From positions 160,395-224,394 of the forward strand of contig CAZPYM010000001.1 of the NCBI GenBank assembly GCA_964590105.1: 64,000 bases of DNA. Reading direction: 5' to 3'. The notes below the pieces were generated by a model. It ran no database searches and was not told the origin of the DNA. It saw nothing but the letters and a program-made list of their open reading frames with translations. Positions 57,953 to 64,000 of this stretch are shown piece by piece. Within the stretch, counting starts at the first letter, position 1. Every line of letters begins with the position of its first letter. This DNA is from an uncultured Gammaproteobacteria bacterium. Its GTDB lineage: Bacteria > Patescibacteriota > Patescibacteriia > UBA11705 > JABHMO01. Both the position numbers and the translations under genes were made by a program.

Positions 57953-58819
57953 ATGAAAAAAACTTTATTACTGCTGGCCATGGCTACCGCTATATTAATG
58001 GTGGGGGGCGGTTGTTCGAAGCAAGATACGAATGATCAAACAAGCGCTGGTGACAATACTGCCACCACTGTTGCTGATGGGACTGCAGACTGGAAAACAT
58101 TCCTTGGTTCTCAGTTCCAATTTTCATTTAAGTATCCGCGCGATTGGTTTATAACCAAAGGCTCTAGCATAGAATCTCAGCCAGAAGCAGTATTCATTTC
58201 CGAAGTAAAGCTTGAAGAGGGCGGGGAGGATCTTGGCAATTTAAGTATAGTTGTAAATAAATCTTCTCTTGAAAAAAATATACGAAAAAACTTGATAAGT
58301 CGTGAGGAAATTACTTTCGCTGATCGACCAGCAACAAAAATAAAATTTACTGGTGATTGGGGTCCAGCAATGATTTCTATACTTGTTCCCTATGACAAAT
58401 ATACTTTTGTCATCAGTTACGATCCAGAAGACAAAAACTATTCGAGCATAGAAAAAATACTAAACAGTTTTTCTTTTGAGACGACAGCGCAATCAGACTT
58501 GGAAACCTATTCGTCTGAAAAATATTCTTTCAAATATTCCAATGGATATAAGATTGACGATTCAAATGAATATGTACTCTATCTAACAAAAGAAAAAAAT
58601 AGAAAACTTGTAATTTTTCAGGCAAAAGAGGGCCACTATGGAGAAGGAGGTATTCAACTGGGAGCACCTCAAGAACAAATTGATCAAGAGGTCCCAAAAG
58701 AACAATTGACAGTTGGTAGCGGCGAAAATGAATATGACATATGGATATATTACAGCAAGGATGACGCTACTGCGGAAGGTGAATTGGATGCGATTTTTAA
58801 TTCAATAACAGTTAAATAA
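57953..58819 (+). CDS. Lipoprotein with PsbP-like repeats
   Basis: GGGC lipobox; WKTF...FSFKYPRDW and YSFKYS units. Confidence 0.75.
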   Translation: MKKTLLLLAMATAILMVGGGCSKQDTNDQTSAGDNTATTVADGTADWKTFLGSQFQFSFKYPRDWFITKGSSIESQPEAVFISEVKLEEGGEDLGNLSIVVNKSSLEKNIRKNLISREEITFADRPATKIKFTGDWGPAMISILVPYDKYTFVISYDPEDKNYSSIEKILNSFSFETTAQSDLETYSSEKYSFKYSNGYKIDDSNEYVLYLTKEKNRKLVIFQAKEGHYGEGGIQLGAPQEQIDQEVPKEQLTVGSGENEYDIWIYYSKDDATAEGELDAIFNSITVK

Positions 58820-58841
58820 AATTATAATTAACTTTAACTAT

Positions 58842-58991
58842 ATGTTGTGGACAATCGCTGTAATTCTAATCGTTCTTTGGTTGCTCGGTTTCGTCGCCTT
58901 TCATGTCTTAGGGTCTTTTATCCATCTCCTGCTGGTGATCGCTATTATCGTCGTACTCATTAGAGTGATCAAAGGTCAAAAAGTATTATAA
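58842..58991 (+). CDS. lmo0937/DUF5670 family small membrane protein
   Basis: Manual translation MLWTIAVILIVLWLLGFVAFHVLGSFIHLLLVIAIIVVLIRVIKGQKVL. Confidence 0.88.
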   Translation: MLWTIAVILIVLWLLGFVAFHVLGSFIHLLLVIAIIVVLIRVIKGQKVL

Positions 58992-59033
58992 GTCAAAAAT
59001 GAAAGATAATATTTATTATTAACCATAAATCAT

Positions 59034-59378
59034 ATGGATTCAACTAATTCACCCAGCACCAAGCCCTTATATCGCGGAACTCAAATCGTCTGGTATCTTG
59101 TTGGCCTTGTTGAGATCTTACTGATGTTTCGTTTCCTATTAAAGCTGTTCGGCGCCAATGTTGCGGCTGGATTTACCAATTTCATTTACACAGTTTCCAT
59201 GCCATTCGCCGTACCATTCATCAGTGTGTTTGGTACAAGTCGAGTAGAGGGCGCTTTGTTTGAATGGACTACGCTTTTGGCGATGTTCGTTTACTTGCTT
59301 ATTGGTTGGGGTATTACCAAACTTTTCTTAATCGGTAAAACTGTTTCGACACCAGAGGCGGCCAGTAAGCTTAATTAA
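59034..59378 (+). CDS. YggT-like membrane protein
   Basis: LMFRFLLKLFGAN...F.NFIYTVS.PF..PF..VF. Confidence 0.75.
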   Translation: MDSTNSPSTKPLYRGTQIVWYLVGLVEILLMFRFLLKLFGANVAAGFTNFIYTVSMPFAVPFISVFGTSRVEGALFEWTTLLAMFVYLLIGWGITKLFLIGKTVSTPEAASKLN

Positions 59379-59542
59379 TGAAAAACAAATCTTGTAGCGG
59401 CCAAATTCTTTGAAATTTATTCATTATAAATTTACCCAAATCACTATGGTAAGGTGTAAGGTGTACCCTTTGTCTAGACAGTAATATGGGGTGAAAGAGG
59501 CAAAAGAAGAAGAGGCAAAAAATAATTTCTAATTCTAAACTT

Positions 59543-60397
59543 ATGAAATCAAACACATTTAAAATCGTTCTCGCTGTAATAGTTACCGCAATCATCGTTA
59601 GTGGAGGAGTTTATTATTGGCACCAAAGTAAAAGCGTCGAGGTGTCTAGTGGCAAGTATGAGAATTCCAAATACGGTTTTACTTTAAATTTTCCGAAAAA
59701 TTGGGGAGAAATAAAAGAAGAGGTGGAAAATGCCAGCCTGGGCTCAAAAATTGATTATCATAACTTTTTGCTAACATCCATGGTGGATCCACAGCGCTAT
59801 ATCAAAATTCAAGTATTAAAGAATGAAGATGTAGACGCCCCTTTTGTGGTAGACAATCCACAGGTATTAATCACTAGTGATTCAACTCATAGTTACTATT
59901 ACTCAGGTGCCGGTGACAGTGCCGGCAAACCAGGGATGGAGGATCAAAAATATTTTGATATTCAAAAAGAAGTAAAGGAAGTCAGCGAAACTTTTGCCCT
60001 TACACTTAATATTGAAACCAATGAGGCTATCATATCTGGATCAAACGATGCTAGCCAAATCAGAACGAAAATCTTTACAAACACTTCTGGTGATTACTCT
60101 GTTAATTATCCAGCGGATTGGAGTCAAGGCGTAAATGGTGCACCAGACCCATTACTTATTGAAAAAGTATATTTCTTCAGAAGCCCAGCAGAACAAAGTA
60201 AAGGCTTTGATACCGTCAATATCACAAAATTTTCTAGCAAAGGGGCTAGCTATGAAGAACTGCTTGAACAAAATCCAGATTATATAATTAAGGAGAGTAA
60301 AGGGATGATATATGTTTTAACGTATTCAAATAAAAACTTCCCTGAAGAAACTCGTAAAATTTTTGAACTAATTTCAGATTCGTTTCAAATGAATTAA
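59543..60397 (+). CDS. Membrane-anchored surface protein with PsbP-like repeats
   Basis: N-terminal TM; YENSKYGFTLNFPKNW and YSVNYPADW units. Confidence 0.75.
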   Translation: MKSNTFKIVLAVIVTAIIVSGGVYYWHQSKSVEVSSGKYENSKYGFTLNFPKNWGEIKEEVENASLGSKIDYHNFLLTSMVDPQRYIKIQVLKNEDVDAPFVVDNPQVLITSDSTHSYYYSGAGDSAGKPGMEDQKYFDIQKEVKEVSETFALTLNIETNEAIISGSNDASQIRTKIFTNTSGDYSVNYPADWSQGVNGAPDPLLIEKVYFFRSPAEQSKGFDTVNITKFSSKGASYEELLEQNPDYIIKESKGMIYVLTYSNKNFPEETRKIFELISDSFQMN

Positions 60398-60536
60398 CGT
60401 GAGTTATTCTTCGCCTATCAGCCCAAAGTAGTTAAATAAAAAATTTAATGAGCCCTTTATAGAGGCGCTGGAATTTTCCAGGCTCCTTCAAGGGCTCATT
60501 GAGCTCTTCCACAGATCAAGCAAAGAGGGGTAGAAA

Positions 60537-61139
60537 ATGAAGAACATGTTAGTGTTTGTAGCATTAATCATCTTGTGTGTCAGCTGTGGCGTTGAAAACG
60601 ACGCTGATTGGGATGCTGGTGACGTTGCTGGCGATGTTGAGGAATTGACCAATTGCGGAGAAGTATACGGATGTGGCAACAACGTACCGTTGTACTATTC
60701 AACCGAGGGGGTTGATGTTGAAGTCTCAATGGTGGATGCTCCGTTCGGTTTTACTGCCGAAAAGTTGATGGCAATGGCCGACGAGTGTGGAACTACGTAT
60801 GAACCAGGCTACTTCGAGGCGCTGGTGAAAACGTTCACCGACACCGACATCGGTGGCGTCAAACTACAGTTTGTCTTTAGGTATGAGGGAGAAAGCCAAG
60901 ACAGTGATTCATTTGTTGTCACCCTCTTACAGAACTATCCGGGGTACAAATCTATGGAGGAATTTCAAAAGGATTTCGCTCTTTGCTATGCGGGAGGAGA
61001 TGCTTATCCAATGATGTTTAACTCCCATTGGCTCCTCTTTGAAAACTCCTGCTCCACCGGATTCAATGATGGTTCCGGACTACCAATTGGATGCCAAGAA
61101 GTAAAGGACATCGTCTCCCCTTCGCTTAAGCTCAATTAA
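60537..61139 (+). CDS. Acidic Cys-containing putative lipoprotein
   Basis: Signal peptide with VSC lipobox; several Cys residues. Confidence 0.7.
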   Translation: MKNMLVFVALIILCVSCGVENDADWDAGDVAGDVEELTNCGEVYGCGNNVPLYYSTEGVDVEVSMVDAPFGFTAEKLMAMADECGTTYEPGYFEALVKTFTDTDIGGVKLQFVFRYEGESQDSDSFVVTLLQNYPGYKSMEEFQKDFALCYAGGDAYPMMFNSHWLLFENSCSTGFNDGSGLPIGCQEVKDIVSPSLKLN

Positions 61140-61312
61140 GTGAAGACACAGGTTTAATCATCCTGCGAAAATGATTCGCTCTACCAAAGAAGTTTCCAGT
61201 ATCAAGCAATTGGTATTAGAATTCTAAAAGCAGAGTGACGGCGATGGGGATTGGAATTCAATCCCCGCCATAAATTTCTAGTGAGTATGGCTTTATTCTT
61301 AACTTTAATTAT

Positions 61313-61462
61313 ATGTTGTGGACAATAGCTGTCATTTTAATTATTTTGTGGTTGCTTGGACTTGTTACTTCCTACACTCTTGGAGGCTTCATCCACATCT
61401 TGTTTGTAATCGCCGTTATTGTAGTACTAATCAGATTAATTAAAGATCAAAAATTAATATAA
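61313..61462 (+). CDS. lmo0937/DUF5670 family small membrane protein, second copy
   Basis: Manual translation MLWTIAVILIILWLLGLVTSYTLGGFIHILFVIAVIVVLIRLIKDQKLI. Confidence 0.88.
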   Translation: MLWTIAVILIILWLLGLVTSYTLGGFIHILFVIAVIVVLIRLIKDQKLI

Positions 61463-61797
61463 ATTATATGGCACACGATAAAATTATTGATCATAAAGAT
61501 GAAAAAAACGTCTGTATCAAGAATATTATAAAAAGTGATTGAAAGACGCCAGAGAAAGTATCTAAAAAAAGAAGAAATAGAGGAATAAAAAGAGATTGAA
61601 AAAATTATAATCACATAAATTGATTATGAAAAAGAAAGTCATTGTTATTTTAGTAGTAATTGTTTCATGCCTTGGCTTTTAGCAAAGGGTGTTTTACAAT
61701 AGAAGATCAGGACTCGAATAGGGGAGCTGGAGTGGCGGAAGCTCTTACAAGAGTATATCTGTCTGCCGGCAGGCAGGCGAAGTGACGAGTGAGATGT

Positions 61798-61813
61798 CCT
61801 GGTCCCGGAGCCA
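61798..61813 (+). repeat. Distal att site (tRNA-Asn 3'-end duplicate)
   Basis: CCTGGTCCCGGAGCCA, 16 bp identical to the tRNA end. Confidence 0.88.
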
Positions 61814-61926
61814 TGAACCACTCGCTCATTTCATTCGTTCGGGTTCATGGCAGCCCAAGAGTAATAAGTGAGTGGTTCATGCAGTGAACTTGAGGAACGA
61901 ATAGTTCACTGCTATAATATAGTTGT

Positions 61927-62185
61927 ATGAATTTTTCTTATGTTTATAGCTTAAAAAATTTAAGAGATGGAAAGTTTTATGTTGGTCTAGCCGCGGATTT
62001 AAATAGAATGGTTTTAGAACATCAAAAAGGAAAAATATTTCAACATCAAAACGTTTGCCGCTGGGGTTAATTTATTATGAAGCGTTTTTGTCTAAGAAAG
62101 ATGCTCAAAGAAGAGAGCGGTATTTTAAAACAAAAAAGGAAAAACTACTTTGAGGCAGATGCTTCGTGAGTATTTAATAATATGA
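61927..62185 (+). pseudogene. Frameshifted GIY-YIG nuclease
   Basis: YVYSL...FYVG...DLNR...EHQKG, then after a frameshift LIYYEAF...DAQRRERYFK; preceded by the ATGAACCACTC/GAGTGGTTCAT palindrome. Confidence 0.8.
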
Positions 62186-62304
62186 TAAGATTAATTACGA
62201 AATTGAATACTTGTACTTGCTCTCTCGCTATATATTTCTCGAGAGCAGGTTGTTGATTTTAAAAAAAATATCACTTTTGACTCTCGGGAAACCGAGATTT
62301 TTTT
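62182..62304 (+). promoter_or_regulatory. Cys-codon leader peptide plus transcription attenuator
   Basis: ORF 62182-62256 MIRLITKLNTCTCSLAIYFSRAGC*; mutually exclusive 1:2, 2:3 and 3:4 pairings; terminator TCTCGG-GAAA-CCGAGA-T7. Confidence 0.7.
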
Positions 62305-62322
62305 ATTAACTAATTTATAAAT

Positions 62323-63210
62323 ATGATATATAAAAACATTCTACAAACAATTGGCAATACGCCGATTGTGAAAATCAATAAGTTGAATTCGAATAAGAAA
62401 GTAAATGTTTTCGCTAAGCTGGAAGGCCAAAATCCTGGTGGTTCAGTGAAAGACCGAGCCGCAATTTTTATGATTGAACAGGCTGAAAAGTCCGGTGAAT
62501 TAACTGCGGATAAAATAATTCTCGAAGCAACATCCGGTAATACGGGAATTGGCTTGGCTCTGGTTGCCGCCGTCAAAGGTTATAAAACAAAAATTGTAAT
62601 GTCAGCCGGCGCGAGCAGAGAAAGAAAGCAAATTCTAAAGTTACTTGGCGCGCAAATAACTGAAACGCCCGCAGGATTAAGAACAGACGGCGCAATTCAA
62701 ACGGCCAGGAAAATGTTTAATAAACATCCAGAGCTTTATTGGATGCCAAACCAGTTTGATAATCGAAATAATTCAAAGGCGCATTTTGAAGGAACAGCAA
62801 AGGAGATTATTCGCGAGGTGCCGAAGATTACAATTTTTGTGGCCGGAATCGGAACTTCGGGAACTTTAATGGGGATAAGCAGAAAACTGAAAAAATATAA
62901 TCGAAAAATTAAAATTGTCGGGGTTGAATCTGCCTATATAAAAGGAGTTCCCGGATTGAAAAATTTGCAAAAATCAATTATGCCGAAGATTTATAATCAA
63001 TCGCAAATTGATGAGAAAGTTGAAGTTGATTTGGAGCAGGCTTTCAAAGTTGTGAAGCAATTAGCGGTCAAAGAAGGGCTTTTGGTCGGCTTGAGTAGCG
63101 GAGCGGCAATGTACATGGCTTTAAAAATTGCCAAGCAAATTAATTCCGGAAATATTGTTGTTTTAATGCCGGATAGGATTGAAAAGTATTTGAGCTTGGG
63201 CTTGTTTTGA
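62323..63210 (+). CDS. cysM: Cysteine synthase (CysK/CysM family, PLP)
   Basis: IGNTP, KLEGQNPGGSVKDR, ATSGNTG, GTSGT and GLSSGAA motifs. Confidence 0.92.
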   Translation: MIYKNILQTIGNTPIVKINKLNSNKKVNVFAKLEGQNPGGSVKDRAAIFMIEQAEKSGELTADKIILEATSGNTGIGLALVAAVKGYKTKIVMSAGASRERKQILKLLGAQITETPAGLRTDGAIQTARKMFNKHPELYWMPNQFDNRNNSKAHFEGTAKEIIREVPKITIFVAGIGTSGTLMGISRKLKKYNRKIKIVGVESAYIKGVPGLKNLQKSIMPKIYNQSQIDEKVEVDLEQAFKVVKQLAVKEGLLVGLSSGAAMYMALKIAKQINSGNIVVLMPDRIEKYLSLGLF

Positions 63211-63330
63211 CGAAAATTATAATCGCGCACCTGTGGTTGGTGAATTATGGATTATTCGCTTGCCGAATTGTTTTATAAATAGTTTTTGAAATAAAAAGGG
63301 ATTTATTGATGTCAATAAATCCCTTTTGAA

Positions 63331-64000
63331 TTAGATTTCGAATAAGTTAAGACAAACCTTAACATATTCGAGAACCTCGTCAACGTTTGATGTAGCGCCA
63401 AACATTCTGAATTCAATTGTTTTAGTCGAGGGTTTGTACCTGACCAAATCCCAAACATTTTTTTCTCCGCCTTTGGCGTTGATGTAACTCATTATGTCCG
63501 CAAAGGAGGCAAATACCTGTGGCACGCCCGTTGTTTCAGCCATAGATCTGTAGGCGTTGATTCTCATGCGGTTCGAGTGGTCGCCAATAGCAATAAGCGC
63601 ATCGATGACATTCTCGCGGCAAAAATTAATCAGCTTTACTGCCTCATCTTCATCCGCAGAAATATGAACATGAACAGCCGCGACAATAGACGCGGCGATT
63701 TTTCTTTCCGGAGAAATAGCTTGCCAGATTTCTTGATGCCGAGAATCAAACGGGTTTACTTCTAGTGCTGTTATTCTGCTTGTTTCCATAAATTCAGAAT
63801 AATCAAACGTCAAGCCGAGCTGGCTGGCTACGTCTGACATTATCTGATCATTAGTAATTAACGCGCTTCTCAGTTCTTTCAGATTGCGGCAAGGCAAAGT
63901 TCTGTCCTCAATCTGACCGGCAAAGAGTTCGTGAGTAAATAAGCTTTCCGGCAAGCTGTTTTCCCCGGCGAGTTTGTGCACTGCTGGCAGTAAGATCCCA
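63331..64000 (-). CDS. Glutamate-cysteine ligase (GCS2)/amidoligase-like protein, 5' end probably outside the window
   Basis: ELFAGQIE.RT, VHVHIS and TIEFRMF motifs. Confidence 0.65.
   Translation of the reverse strand, partial: GILLPAVHKLAGENSLPESLFTHELFAGQIEDRTLPCRNLKELRSALITNDQIMSDVASQLGLTFDYSEFMETSRITALEVNPFDSRHQEIWQAISPERKIAASIVAAVHVHISADEDEAVKLINFCRENVIDALIAIGDHSNRMRINAYRSMAETTGVPQVFASFADIMSYINAKGGEKNVWDLVRYKPSTKTIEFRMFGATSNVDEVLEYVKVCLNLFEI

Larger units (their letters stand above)
56586..61813. mobile_element. Degenerate genomic island integrated at tRNA-Asn
   Basis: Bounded by tRNA 3'-end repeats, with an integrase remnant and cargo of ArsR and surface/lipoproteins. Confidence 0.8.

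Overview
AT-rich bacterial chromosome segment (standard code, TGA = stop) whose gene content suggests a Patescibacteria/CPR (Parcubacteria-like) host; the taxonomy is an inference. (1) 1-~6400: integrated filamentous-phage (inovirus-like) module with an HUH rolling-circle Rep (missed by the ORF track, truncated by the window), ArdC-N-like protein, Zot/pI ATPase, pVI-, pIII- and pVIII-like proteins, three tiny membrane proteins, an ssDNA-binding-like protein and a putative regulator. It is followed by lexA, an EcoRI-family adenine methylase with a DUF262-HNH nuclease, and a large membrane protein. (2) Two 29-bp att-like repeats (12874, 16837) bound a redox/metal cargo island. (3) The backbone includes an ABC-2 exporter, radical SAM, GxxExxY/NYN/PD-(D/E)XK nucleases, a MurL-like plus double ATP-grasp operon, FecR plus CHASE2 cyclase, rarA, lemA, htpX and a SAM-I riboswitch with metK. 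(4) 48.3-50.5 kb holds an array of orphan micro-ORFs, three of them preceded by a repeated two-hairpin leader with compensatory changes. (5) tRNA-Asn carries an island bounded by duplicated tRNA 3' ends. The most striking observation is an Asn-codon-rich leader peptide with terminator/antiterminator directly upstream of tRNA-Asn, which looks like ribosome-mediated attenuation of a tRNA gene by its own charging state. A parallel Cys-codon attenuator precedes cysteine synthase, and a small RNA from a consensus antisense promoter converges on the NYN RNase gene. All assignments come from reading motifs by eye; no database searches were run.
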